A stretch of DNA of 64,000 nucleotides, taken from contig NC_090419.1 in NCBI RefSeq assembly GCF_036365525.1, positions 13,020,001 through 13,084,000 of the forward strand. Reading direction: 5' to 3'. This DNA is from Heterodontus francisci. Its lineage: Eukaryota. The notes below the pieces were generated by a model. The model saw only the letters and a program-made list of their open reading frames with translations. It was not told the origin of the DNA and did not search any database. Position 1 is the first letter of the stretch, and each line of letters starts with the position of its first letter. Below are positions 13,574 to 25,390 of this stretch, in pieces. A program made the position numbers and the translations under genes.

Positions 13574-14234
13574 CTGTAGGCAAGCAGAGCAGGAGGCATG
13601 ATTAAAGAGGGACTTCCGAAGCAGCCGGAACAGTGATAACCACTCACCTCACAAAGTCGGGACTCTTCCCTCCTGCCTGCTCCCACCCCACCCTCCATAT
13701 CCCCATTTTTCCCTGTCCCCCCCCCTCCCCCCCCAGTAATGCCATGTCCAAGCCTCAGAGCTGCTCCAACCCCACATTCCTCCTTATTCCCCAACATTCC
13801 CAAACTTTCCAACCCCCCCCACCCTTCCCAATCAGTTTCATTCCCTTACTTCAACTGTTAGCCCCACCCCTCCCTTCCCTTCCCCAGAGACTCGCCCACC
13901 CGCTGTGCCCCACCCCTAGAGCCCCACCCTCTCCCCAAAGCACCGCCCCATTCACTATGCCCTGCCACCTCCCTTTTCCCCAGAGCCCCACCCACTCGCT
14001 GTGCCACACCCCTCCCTTCCCCTTGAGCCCTGCCCACTCGATATGCCCCGCCCCCTCCTTTCCCTCAGGAGCCCGCCCACTCGCTGTGTCCCGCCTCTCC
14101 CCGAAGCTCCGCCCACTCACTATGTCCCGCCCTTTCCCCTTGAGCCCCGCCCACTCTGACCCGCCCCAGAGCCCTGCCCACTCCCCTTCTCCTGGAGCCC
14201 CCGCGCATTCTGACCGGTCCCCTCCCCCACTCAC

Positions 14235-14538
14235 AGAGCTGCGACAGGAATGCCTGGTCCCCGGGGATCTGCCGGTACTTGAGGCTGAACCAGCCCTCGA
14301 TCACGCCGTGGATGAAGGCGCAGACGGCGAACCAGCAGACGGCGAGCCGGCGGGCGGCCCCGAGCCGGCGGCCCCCCCGGCCGCTCAGCAGCCAGGTGGC
14401 GGCCAGCAGCGCGCCGGACACCGCGAACAGGAAGGCCAAGATGCTCCAGACCGACCGCTCATTGCTGCGGTAACCGGGCAGCCGCAGGTCCCGCGGCCAG
14501 TACGGGTGCGTCTCCCTCCCGGACCCCAAGCCTCCCAT
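14235..14538 (-). CDS. EBP: EBP coding exon 1 (304 nt); total CDS 702 nt, 233 aa
   Basis: [20 protein letters not shown]...[17 protein letters not shown]...FLSQL, followed by donor GTGAGT. Confidence 0.95.
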
Positions 14539-14574
14539 TATGGGCGGCGATTGAGCGGCTTGCAGGCTCCGCCC

Positions 14575-14900
14575 GCACCTTTTATACCCCGGCACCAACC
14601 CTCGTCCGATTGGTAACCGGCCCCGGCCAATTAAACCCGCCCGCTTCGCACGACGGACCAATCACTGCGGGAGCCAGCGCGGTGGCCGCCGCCCTCCCCC
14701 CCCCCACCACGTGGCCCCGGTGACCTCAGCGACTGGGCGGATCCCATCCGCGCACCGCACGCGCCACCCTGGTCCGATTGCCCCGATTGGTTCGGAGTCG
14801 TCACATCATCCAGCGATTGGTGAGACCGTGCTGATTGACAAGGCTGCCCAGCGGACCAATCGCGGCCTGGTCCAGCCCTCCCACCTGTCCCGCCCCTCTG
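14575..14900 (-). promoter_or_regulatory. EBP promoter: TATA box, clustered CCAAT boxes, E-box, GC-rich
   Basis: TATAAAA on the - strand at ~14580-14586, six CCAAT/ATTGG motifs between 14608 and 14862, and CACGTG at ~14708. Confidence 0.7.
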
Positions 14901-14924
14901 GTCCATGGACTCTCAGTTGGACTT

Positions 14925-15700
14925 GGTTTGGAGTTCTACACTATCCCCCTCACAGTTTGCAATGTTCCCAAGTCTTGTATCATCCACAAATTTTGAAATT
15001 GTGCCCTGTACGCCGAGGTCTAGGTCATTAATATATTTCAGGAGCAGCAGGGGTGCCAATGCTGATCGTTGGGGAGCTCCACTGGAAACCTTCCGCCAGT
15101 CGGAAAAACATCCATTAATCACTACTTTCTGTTTCCTGTCGCTCGGCCAACTTCGTATCCATGTCCCTTTTATTCCATGATCTATGACTTTGCTCACAAG
15201 TCTGTTATGTGGCGCTTTATCAAATGCTTTTTGAAAGTCTAGGTACACCACATCAACAGCATTACCCTCATCAGTCTTCTCAAAAGACTCCAGCAAGTTA
15301 GGTAAAGACGATTTGCCCTTCACAAATCCGTGCTGGCTTTCTCTGATTAACCCGCGCTTGCCCAAGTGACTATTAATTTTGTCCCGCATTATCCGTTTCC
15401 AGAAGCTTCCCCACCACCGGGCTTCAACTGACTGGCCTGCAGTTGATTGACTTATCTTTACACCCTTTTTTGAACCAGTTGTAATTCTCCAGTCCTTTGG
15501 TACCACCCCAAATCGAAGGAAGACTGGAAAATTATGGCCAATGTCTCTGCAATTTCCACTCTCGCTTCCCTCATTATCCTTGGATGCATCTCATCCGGTC
15601 CTGGTGCCTTATCAACTTTAAGTACTGCCAGCCGATCCAATACCCCCTCCTTCTCAATTTTAAACCTTTCAGGTGTCTGAATTACCTTCTCTGGACTTAA
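14925..15700 (-). mobile_element. CR1 LINE ORF2 (RT) fragment
   Basis: ESQHGFVKGKS...VDVVYLDFQKAFDKAPH...SGAPQRSALAPLL...KFVDDT; also DKAPGPDEMHPR. Confidence 0.92.
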
Positions 15701-15844
15701 CTAGACTAGCTATATAAATTCTGTAGCTACAAGAGCAGGTCAGAGGCTAGGAATTCTGCAGCAAGTAACTCACCTCCTGACCGCCATCTACAAGTCAGGA
15801 GTGTGATGGAATGCTCTCCGTCTGCCTCGATGAGTAAAGCTGAG

Positions 15845-16140
15845 TCAAAGAGGTGGGTTTTAAGGAGTGTCTTAAAGGAGGAGAGAGGGGCGGAGAGGTT
15901 TCGGGAGGGAATTCCAGAGCTTAGGAGCCCCGGGTAGCTGAAGGCACGGCCGCCAATGGTGGAGCGATGGGAATCAGGGGATGGTCAAGAGGCCGGAATT
16001 GGAGGAGCGCAGAGATCTCGGAGGGTTCGTAGGGGCTGGAGGTGGTTACAGTGGTAGGGAGGGAGGACGTGGACAGATCTGAAAAGAAGGATAAAAAATT
16101 TTTATTTGAAGCGTCACTTAAGCTGGAGCCAGTGTAGGTT
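15845..16140 (-). mobile_element. L2-type LINE 3' fragment (related copies at 24425-24560 -, 27740-27862 +, 59715-59900 +)
   Basis: Reverse strand encodes the typical L2 C-terminus GGRAFS...P.LWNSLP..LR....F...LKT. Confidence 0.7.
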
Positions 16141-16590
16141 AACGTTTCTGTGCAGTACGTCTTTATGACTCTACAACTCTAATCCTAGAAAGTTTACAGC
16201 ACAGACAGAGACCACTTGGCCCATCGTGTCTGTGCCAGCCAAAAAATGAGCCACCCAGCCTAATCCCACCCTCCAGCAGGTTACGGCACCTGAGGTGCGT
16301 TTCCATACACCTTTTAAATGAGCTGAGGATTTCTGCCTCTACTACCCTTTCAGGCAGTGAGTTCCAGAACCCCCCACCACCCTCTGGGTGAAAAAATCTT
16401 TCCTCATCTCCCCCCTATCCTACCAATCACTTTAAATCTATGCCCCCTAGTCATTGACCTCTCGGCTAAGGCATATATGTCCTTCACCTCCACTCTATCC
16501 AGGCCCCTCACAATTTTGTACATTTCAATCAGATCTCCCCCTCAGCCTTCTCTGTTCCAAGGAGAACAACCCCAGCCTATCCAGTCTTTC

Positions 16591-19008
16591 ATAAGAACAT
16601 AAGAACTCGGAGCAGGAGTAGGCAATTCAGCCCCTCGAGCCTGCTCCGCCATTCAATACGATCATGGCTGATCTCATCTCGGCCTCAACTCCACTTTACT
16701 GCCCATTCTCCATAATCCTTCAACCCAATACTAATTAAAAATCTGTCTCCTCCTTAAATTTACTCAATGTCCCGGCATCCACCGCACTCTGGGGTAGTGA
16801 ATTCCACAGACTCAGGAACCTTTGAGAGAAGTAATCTCTCCTCATCTCTGTTTTAAATCTGCTACCCCTTATCCTAAAAATATGACCTCTCGTTCTAGAT
16901 TGCCCCACCAGAGGAAACATCCTCTCTACATCTACTTAGTCAATCCCCTTAATTATCTTATATACCTCAATTAGATCTCCTCTCATTCTTCCAAACTCTA
17001 GAGAGTAAAGGCCTAAACTGCTCAATCTCTCTTCATAAGGCAAACCCCTCATCTCTGGAATCAATCTAGTGAACCTCCTCTGAACTGCCTCCAATGCAAC
17101 TACCTCACTCCTCAAGTAAGGGGACCAAAACTGTACACAATACTCCAGGTGCGGTCTCACTAATGCCTTATACAGTTGCAGCAACACTCCCCTACTTTTT
17201 ATACTCCTTTTTATTCCTTTAGCAATAAATGCCAAAATTCCATTTGCCTTCCTTATTACCTGCTGTACCTGCATCCAAGTCATTAATATAGATTGTAAAT
17301 AGTTGGGGCCCGAGGACCAAACCCTGTGGCACCCCACTAGTTACATCTTGCCAACCAGAAAAAGACCCATTTATCCCGACTGTTTTCTGTTGGTGAGCCA
17401 ATCCTCTATCCAAGCTAATAAATTGCCCCTAACCCCATGTGATCTGACCTTTTGTGTGGCACCTTATCAAATGCCTTCTGGAAGTCCAGATATACTACAT
17501 CTACAGGATCCCCATTATTTTTATTTTATTCTATTTAGAGATACAGCACTGAAACAGGCCCTTCGGCTCACCGAGTCTGTGCCAACCAACAACCACCCAT
17601 TTATACTAACCCTACAGTAATCCCATATTCCCTATCACCTCCCTACACTAGGGCCAATTTACAACGGCCAATTTACCTATCACCTGCAAGTCTTTTGGAT
17701 GTGGGAGGAAACCGGAGCACCCGGCGAAAACCCACGCAGACACAGGGAGAACTTGCAAACTCCGCACAGGCAGTACCCAGAATTGAACCCGGGTCGCTGG
17801 AGCTGTGAGGCTGCGGTGCTAACCACTGCGCCACTGTGCGATTCGCCAGGACTCTGGTCCGAGCATGATTCAGGTGGAGCCCGTCCCATCGGAACAGCTC
17901 CCTCCTTCCCCAGTCCTGGTGCCAATGTCCCACGAATTCGAACCCATTTCTCCCACACTAATCTTTGAGCCACGCATTTACCTCTTCAATCTTGTTGACC
18001 CTTTGCCAATTTGCTCGTGGCTCAGGTAGTAATCCGGAGATGATTACCTTTTTGGTTCTGCTTTTTAATTTAGCCCCTAGCTGCTCATATTCCCTCAGCA
18101 GAACCTATTCCCTCGTTCTACCTATATCATTGGTATCTACGTGGACCACGACAACTGGATCTTTCCCCTCTCACTCCAAGTTCCTCTGCAGCCTAGATGA
18201 GATATCCTGAACCCTGACACCAGGTAGGCAACAGAGCCTTTGGGACTCTCAATCCTGTCCACAGAGAACAGTGTCCACGCTCCGAACTATATTATCCCCG
18301 ATTACGACTACATTTCTCTTTTCTCCCCCCACTTGAATGGCTCCCTGTACCACGGTGCTGTGGTCAGTTTGCTCATCCTCCCTACAGTCCCTGCTCTCGT
18401 CCACAAGAATCTCGAACCTGTTGGACAAGGACACCTGCTGAGGCTCCTGCAGCACTATCTCCTGGATCCCTCTACCGGCCTCATTCATAGCCACACCCTC
18501 CTGTCCCTGACCACTGGCCGAATTCAAGGTGGTTAATCTAAGGGGTGTGACTGCCTCCTGAAACACAGCGTCCAGGTAACTCTCCCCCCTCCCTGATGTG
18601 TCGCAGTGTCCGAAGCTCAGACTCCAGCTCATCAACTCTGAGCCGGAGTTCCTCGAGCAGCCAACACTTGCTGCAGATGTGTTCACCAGGAACCACAATG
18701 GGGTCCACCAGCTCCCACATCATGCAGGTACAACACATCGCCTGGCCCTGCATCTCTATTTTATTTCATTAGATTTTAATTTGGTTTAAAATTTCCGAAT
18801 GGTCTAGTTTTTTTAATCCGCTTTAGTTTTTATTTTATATACTAATAAATCGATCAAGTCTTACTCTATATTTGATTTTAATTAAATTTAATCTAAAAGC
18901 TTACCTGTATAGTCACCCCAGCGGCTCGCACTGTTGAATGTGATGTCACTCTGATTTGGTGCGCTTTTTTTTGCACCTCCTCTCCACGGGTTGCTCCTCT
19001 CTCTCTGT
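16591..19008 (-). mobile_element. Inner CR1 element: 3' end and RT tail (16591-17515) plus decayed ORF1 with zinc finger and SGNH esterase (17840-18753) and 5' UTR
   Basis: ATAAGAAC terminal repeats. ORF1 has CCTCMMW...CSKC, a leucine zipper, VVVIGDNIVR, VVVHVDTND and DGLHLN, with frameshifts and stops. Confidence 0.85.
17515..17839 (-). mobile_element. HE1-like V-SINE
   Basis: Minus strand GCACAGTGGCGCAGTGGTTAGCACCGCAGCCTCACAGCTCCAGCGACCCGGGTTCAATT (A/B boxes), V-domain GGTGCTCCGGTTTCCTCCCACA, and an (A4T)-type tail. Confidence 0.9.
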
Positions 19009-20229
19009 GCTGCATTTTTCCAGTCCTCACAACATCCTCATAAATCTCCTCCCCTCTCTAGTGCAATTACATCCTTTCTGTAATGAGGTGACCAGAACTA
19101 CACACAGTACTCAAGTTGTGGCCTAACCAATGAGTTATACAGTTCCAGCATAACCTCCCTGGCTCTTGTATTCTATACCTCAACTAATAAAGGGAAGGAT
19201 TCCATATGCCTTCTTAACCACCTTATCGACCTGTCCTGCTACCTTCAGGGATCTGTGGACATTCACTCCAAGGTCCCTCACTTCCTCTACACCTCTCAGT
19301 ATTTTCCCATTAATCGTGCATTCCTTTGCCTTGTTTGATCTCCCCAAATGCATCACCTCACACTTCTCCAAGTTGAATACCATTTGCCACTTTTCTGCCC
19401 ATCTGACCAGACCATCGATATCTTCCTGCAGCCTACAGCTATCCTCCTCGCTATCTACCACACGGCCAATTTTTGTGTCATCTGCAAACTTCTTGATTAT
19501 GCCCCCAACATTAACGTCCAAATCATTAACATACACCACAAAAAGCAGGAGACCCGGTACTGAGCCCTGCGGAACACCACTGGAAACAGCCCTCCAGTCG
19601 CAAAAACACCCGTCAACAATCACCCTGTTTCCTGCCACTGAGCCAATTTTGTATCCACCTTGCTACATTTCCCTGGATCCCATGGGCTTTTATTTTTTTA
19701 ACCAGTCTGCCATGTGGCACCTTGTCAAGAGCCTTGCTAAAATCCTTGTAGACCACATCAACTGCACTACCCTCATCTATCTTCCTTGTTACTTCTTCAA
19801 AAAAATCCAATCAAATTAGTCAGACAAGATCTCCCCTTTACAAATCCACGCTGACTATCCTTGACTAACCTGTGCCTTTCTAAGTGACAGTTTATCCTGT
19901 CTCTCAGAATCGATTCCAATAATTTGCCCACGACTGAGGTTAGACTGACTGGCCTGTAATTATTCGTTCTATCCCTCGCTCCCTTTTTTAAAGAGAGGTA
20001 CAACGTTCGCAGTCTTCCAATCCTCCGGCACTGCACCCGTATCCAGTGAGGACTGGAAAATGATGGTCAGACCCTCTGCTATTTCCTCCCTGGCTTCTTC
20101 TCACAGCCTGGGGGGTGCATTTCATCCGGCCCTGGTTGATGTATCCACTTTCAAGGATGCTAATCCCATTCGTGCTTCCTTCCTCCCTCCCTATGTTTAT
20201 CCCATTCCAATACTTCACACCCTTTCCCC

Positions 20230-20720
20230 CCTCCCCCCTCTTTCGTCACCGGCACAACTTGTCCAGCGCACACCTGGGCAGGTGTTCCGGCCCGGCGCCT
20301 GCGCAGGAAGCCCGGCGCTGCCGGCGCTCCGGCAGCGCGCCTGCGTCGTAGTAAGCCGCGGGGGCGCCGTCGCTCCGGCCGGACGCATGCGCAGCAAACC
20401 CCCTCCGTCGGCAGAGGGGTGGGGGCGTGGCCTCACTCGACCCCGCCTCCCCCCCAATCCCTCGTCGCATGCGCAGTGGCGAGCGTGGCGTACCCTTTTT
20501 CTGCCTCCCAGCCAAGCGGATAATGTCGGAGGTGGGACTGGGGTGAATTTGAACCGAGGGAGGAAGAGAGAAGTCGACGGTGGCTCTTTTCAAGGAGGTA
20601 TATATATATATACATATAAAAAAAAAAGGTCCGGCTCCCTGCTGGTGTCCGGGAGTGAGGTGAAGCCTGCGGCCTGTAGGACCCGGATTTCCTCCCCCTC
20701 CCAGGACCTGGGGACAAGTG
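20230..20720 (+). promoter_or_regulatory. PORCN CpG-island promoter with NRF1-like sites
   Basis: CpG-rich. GCGCCTGCGCA (20295), CGCATGCGCA (20384, 20466) and GC boxes, ~1.2 kb upstream of the PORCN ATG exon. Confidence 0.6.
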
Positions 20721-21836
20721 TTAAGGTCGTCCGGGCCACTGGGGGAAAAAAATCTCCATAGATTTCAACCAAACCTCGCCTGATGCACCCAGAGCCTTGC
20801 AAATGAGAGAATGCACCAAAAAAAACAGGGGTTACGGGGGTTAAATTGAAGCCAGAGGCCATGTGGATGATGCTGCAGAGAGAAAAATCCCATTTGTCAG
20901 CAGTGCATCGAGGATGCCAAAGACTGCAATGCTTGTGTGCCGTCCCCTACCCACACACAACCCCAGGACTGCACCCTGCTCAATATCAGCCACCCAGCTC
21001 CCTGCAACACAGTTCATGGCAATGTGGCAGCTGCAAGCTCCTGAGCTGTGTGTACGCCTGACGTCTGGGGCAGAGGTTGCCCGGTGGGTGCATTCTGCCC
21101 ACCCCGAGTGCCCGGGTTGGCATGGCAGATCAGCTCCGTCCCCGTGCTGCCGCGCTGACTGCTCCAGTCGGCCTCCATGCCCCAGGGTTGTGGTGGGAGA
21201 GAGAGGGGGAAGTCAGCCAGGGTTCCTAGTCCCGATCATTGTGCGGGGACCACTGGGTTACAAGAGAGGGCGAATCAGTCAGGGTTCCTGCTCCTGATTG
21301 CTGTCCAGTGATCATTTTGCCCCATCCCCCTGGTGGATGAAGGTGGACCCAGTTGTGATGCCTGCTACAGTTCACTTGCCAGCTGCCATTTACCACCCCA
21401 GCCGCTGTCATGAAGAATGGACAGTTGCTGGAGGGCAAGGGGTGTATGAGGAACCCTAATTCAGGCACAGTAAGGGGAGCAACTGTGACAGTACGTTGTC
21501 ACCTCCCACCCTCCACAACCTGACCCCACATATCAATCTTCCTTCTGATGTCAGCCATGGTGCAATGATGGGGGTTTGGGGTGGGGAGGGGGAGGGCCAG
21601 TAGTGCCTCTGAGTCAGACTTTGTGGGTTCGAGACCCGCTGCAGAGTCCATAGTCCGTGCAGATGCACCCAGTGTAGTACTGAGCCTCTGACGGTGCGGA
21701 GCTCCCTCAGTATGGAATCCAGCAAGCATTATCTGACAGGAAGGCTATTCGGGCAGGAGTGCGTGCCCTTGGACAGGAGCTCTGATCGCTCGATGCTTTG
21801 TGTTCCCGCAGGTCCGATGAATCTGGGGGTCTCAGC

Positions 21837-21972
21837 ATGGCAGCATTCACGCGACAGGAGTTCTTCCACCAGCTGTCCAGAGGCTGCCTGCTTCCTACCG
21901 CCCAGCAGGGGATCGAGCAGGTCTGGCAACTTCTCCTCATCTGCCTCGCATGTCGGGTCTTGTGGAGGCTGG
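21837..21972 (+). CDS. PORCN: PORCN (Wnt O-palmitoleoyltransferase, MBOAT) coding exon 1
   Basis: [46 protein letters not shown], 136 nt, donor GTGAGT, upstream acceptor at 21810-21811. Confidence 0.95.
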
Positions 21973-22321
21973 GTGAGTTGGGGGGGCTTCACCGTGTTGT
22001 GCGTGCGTTGGGCCTGTCATACGTGTCATGTTTGGACCTGGCTCCATCGTTTGATAACCCCTTCCTACCCCTTTAAGACATCCAAGGCATATCTCTCTCT
22101 GTCTCCCTCCCTTCCTCCCCCTACCTACCTCCCTCCCCGGAACCCGCTATCTCTCTGTCTCTGTTATTCTCCCTCTCCCATTTCTCACATTTTTCTTTGA
22201 AAAGCGTCTCGAATTAGTCAGGCTATTTGACTGCCGGGGCCATCACCGCCGGGCACGTTGCGTTGCTCATATGGCCAGTTTCTATGCTGTGAAATGCTCC
22301 GGGCTCGCGAGGTTTTGTTGC

Positions 22322-23283
22322 TTTTACGACTGGGGTGGGCGGAGTGCGCTGTTTATTCTAGTCCCACTTCTCCACAGGTCACAACGTATAATTACATTTT
22401 CCCAGTTACCAATACGGTCAATCATAGACTCTCTCTTTCCCAGAATAAAACACACCAACCAGGTTTCTTAAATAAATAACAAAATTATTGGTTTATTATA
22501 AAACGAGGCTTAACCAGTAATGAAGTAAAACCTAGACACCAAGATTGAAATATTAAAGTTCCTTTGTTATGTTAGCCCCTCACGCACACATGCATGGTTA
22601 ACGGGAAAAATAAAAGGGATTTTTGTTTAGAGCTCTGTTACAGACAAAAAAAAAGACACTTGGGGCTGAATACTTGCTCGTTCTTGAAGAAACAGCTGAT
22701 GAGGTATGTTGTGTTCCAAAACTGACATACAGTCTGGCCGCCGAGTACGCGTAGACGGGTCACTGGGATCTTTTAGAACAGATCCTCTCAGGCGGCGTTG
22801 AGAGTTAATTTAGCAGGCTTTTCTTCCAGGACAGGAGACGAGATGAGTTGATACAGTGGACTTCTTAGGGTCTTTGAGAGAGGTGCTGGAAAGCTGAGCT
22901 GGGTTGTGGTCTTCTCTCCTTCCTTGGGAATTCTCTTGCCTCCTTGGAAGTTCTCTTCCTTTTTCTGCAGGCTTTTTAAAGAGATGGAACAGGCTGGGCT
23001 GAGCCGGGGTTCTGTCCTTCAGTTTTATTTTTTAAAACTCCCAACCCCCGTTTAAACAGTTCGTTCCCGACTCCAAACAAGCCGGAAACAGAAAGTCCAC
23101 CTTCTGACCTGTCACTTCTCTGCACACATCTCCCCACCACCCAGTTCCCAGGGTTTCTGTTCTATTTTTAACATGAGGCATGTGGCAACCAGTAAACTTT
23201 GTGTCAAACAGGTCCTTTCAGTGTTCTCTGATGACCCTCTTGGGGGGAGGGGGGAGGATGCGGGAAGAAATCTTCAGTTAACA
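22322..23283 (-). mobile_element. Probable solo LTR in a PORCN intron
   Basis: Ends are T(t)TTACGAC...GTTAACA. Its reverse complement GACCTGTGGAGAAGTGGGACTAGAATAAACAGCGCAC resembles 8669-8712 GATCTGTGAAGGGACGGGACTGAATTAACAGTGCA. Confidence 0.5.
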
Positions 23284-23398
23284 TATTTTTTGAGGAATTT
23301 GTAGTGAAATGCAAACAGAAGCACTTCGTAACATTATGTAGACGGGTTGAGACGACAGGCTGTTGGTGACGGTGTTTTCTATTCTCGTCCTTCCTCAG

Positions 23399-23590
23399 GT
23401 TTTCCGCTGTGGATGAAACATCTGAGCACGGTTGCCGGAGGGTTTTATTGCCTGCACTATTTCTTCCAGCTGCAGATGGTATGGGTGGTTTGCTGAGCCT
23501 CATGTGTTATATCGTCCTCTTCCTGTGCCGCCACTCACAGTATAAAGGTGTCTTCCTGTCGGTGACCATTCTCATCTACTTGCTCATGGG
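23399..23590 (+). CDS. PORCN: PORCN coding exon 2 (1-bp deletion at the T-run 23489-23491)
   Basis: [30 protein letters not shown] / [33 protein letters not shown], with AG/GT boundaries. Confidence 0.92.
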
Positions 23591-23611
23591 GTGAGTGTGC
23601 GTAACCTTAAA

Positions 23612-23997
23612 CGTTCACTCCCGCCACCGTGGCGGCACTGTGTACCATCTACAAGATGCACTGCAGCAACTTGCCAAGGCTCCTGAGGCAGCGCCGCCCA
23701 AACCTGCGCGACTGCTACCACCTCGAAGGGTGAGGTCAGCAGGCGCATGGGGAACACCACCGCCTGCAAGTTCCCCTCCAAGCCACACACCAACCTGACT
23801 TGGAACTATATCGGCCATTCCTTCACTGTCGCTGGGTCATAATCCTGGAACTCCCTCCCTCGCAGCACTGAGGGTGTACCCACCCCACACGGACTGCAGC
23901 GGCTCAAGAAGGCGACTCACCACCACCTTCTCGAGGGATGGGCAACAAATGCTGGTCTTTCTGGCGACGCCCGCATCCCGGGAACGAATAAAAATAA
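23612..23997 (+). mobile_element. 3' end of a non-LTR retrotransposon (abundant shark LINE family); another fragment at 15715-15838
   Basis: Degenerate ORF2 C-terminus (WNSLP motif: TGGAACTCCCTCCCT), 3' tail GATGGGCAACAAATGCTGG...CGCCCGCATCCCGGGAACGAATAAAA. Confidence 0.7.
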
Positions 23998-24281
23998 ACC
24001 TTGCTTCCAGCTGTCAGGATTTCCGCCCCCCCCCCCCCCCCGCCACCCCCCCGCGATCCCGTTTGACTGTCAACATGTGCACTTGTGAATTGCTATGTCA
24101 ACAGTCACGGTGCGGTGGCAGCTTTCGGCCAGTAGGTGGCGCCGTAGAGGCCGGTCCATGAAGAGCAGTGTTCGGTGGAGAAGTGGGGGCTGGCATGGCC
24201 TCCGTTTTGCCGGGGTTGGCTTTGGTCGGGTGTTGCCTTGAGGCCGCAGACTCACTAACTTTGCCTCTCTGCGTTTCACAG

Positions 24282-24325
24282 GGAGATACATATGGTCGAT
24301 ACGGTCAGTTGGCACAAGATGCGAG
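24282..24325 (+). CDS. PORCN: PORCN coding exon 3 (44 nt)
   Basis: EIHMVDTVSWHKMR, with CAG/GTGAGA boundaries. Confidence 0.95.
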
Positions 24326-24826
24326 GTGAGACCGAGTTGGCATCTGATCGTCAGTACCCGTGCGTAGGGCATGAAGATTCTGTGCGTCTGTGTGCGCGTG
24401 GATATATTGGGCACAAGTGACCAATAGCTCGGTTTTAAGCAGCGTCTGAAAGGAGGAGAGAGAGAGGCGGAGAGGTTTAGGGAGGGAATTCCAGAGCTTA
24501 GGGGCCCCGGGCAGCTGAAGGCACAACCGCCAACGGTGGAGCGATGGGAATCGGGGAACGCTCGGTGCGAGTTTGGACACTTGGGGGCAGCCGAGTTTCG
24601 GAGGAACTGAGGTTTGCAGAAGGTCCGCACTCGATTTCTGACCTTGCGACACTCCGAGTGTAGGTGTCCAGCTCTCGATGGTTCGTGGTGACTTTTCAAA
24701 TCTGTGCGTGTCGAGTTGTCAACTTTGGAGGGGGGGCGTGGGGAAGGCGGTGGGGATACCTCTGTGAGCTGACCTGTTGTGTTTCTGTCATCCCGCACCT
24801 GCTCTCCACCCCCGAACCCGCTGCAG

Positions 24827-25007
24827 GAGCACAGATGATTGTCGCGATGAAAGCCATCTCGCTGGGGTTCGACCTCGACCAGGGCTCGGTCGGCGCGATG
24901 CCCTCCCAGTTGAATTTATGGGCTACATTTACTTTGTGGGGACGGTGATCTTTGGGCCCTGGATCAGCTTCAGCAGCTACCTGCAGGCGGTGGAGAGCAG
25001 AAGAATG
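24827..25007 (+). CDS. PORCN: PORCN coding exon 4 (1-bp deletion at the C-run 24905-24907)
   Basis: [26 protein letters not shown] / [33 protein letters not shown]. Confidence 0.92.
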
Positions 25008-25390
25008 GTGAGCGAAGGAAACTCATCTCTTTGAACTCTTTGTATTGTTTCATTTTTGGAACTGTTTTGTTAAGTATTTTTTTTTTTCCAGATTTTTATG
25101 AATAAAGTATGGTTTGGAAATAAAACAAAGGTCTGAGCCAAGGTGACATATCTGCTCCCTCCCTCTCTGCTGTTGCTGCATGGACACCTCTCCCTGTAGT
25201 GTGCTTGGTAATAACAGCGCAGACGGGGGTCCATTGGGCCCGTCTACCTGTGCTAGCCCTTTGGAAAAGCAGCCGAACTCAGTCCCACATTGTCCGACAG
25301 TGCGGAGCTCCCTCAGTAGTTGCACCAGGAATGTCAGTCTGCACGACCTGTCACCGGGCTTCGGAAGCAGTTAACTCCTCCAGGCCCGTA

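Larger units (their letters stand above)
16185..20165 (-). mobile_element. Outer CR1 LINE (3' end 16185-16590, body 19010-20165), split by a nested insertion
   Basis: CCCAGCCTATCCAGTCTTTC (16590) resumes as TGCATTTTTCCAGTCC (19011). RT motifs SGVPQGSV, KFADDTKIG and NYRPVSLTSVVGKLLE. Confidence 0.85.

Noticed and set aside
17760-17839. tRNA gene
   Set aside because: This is the tRNA-derived head of an HE1/V-SINE, followed by the V-domain and tail.
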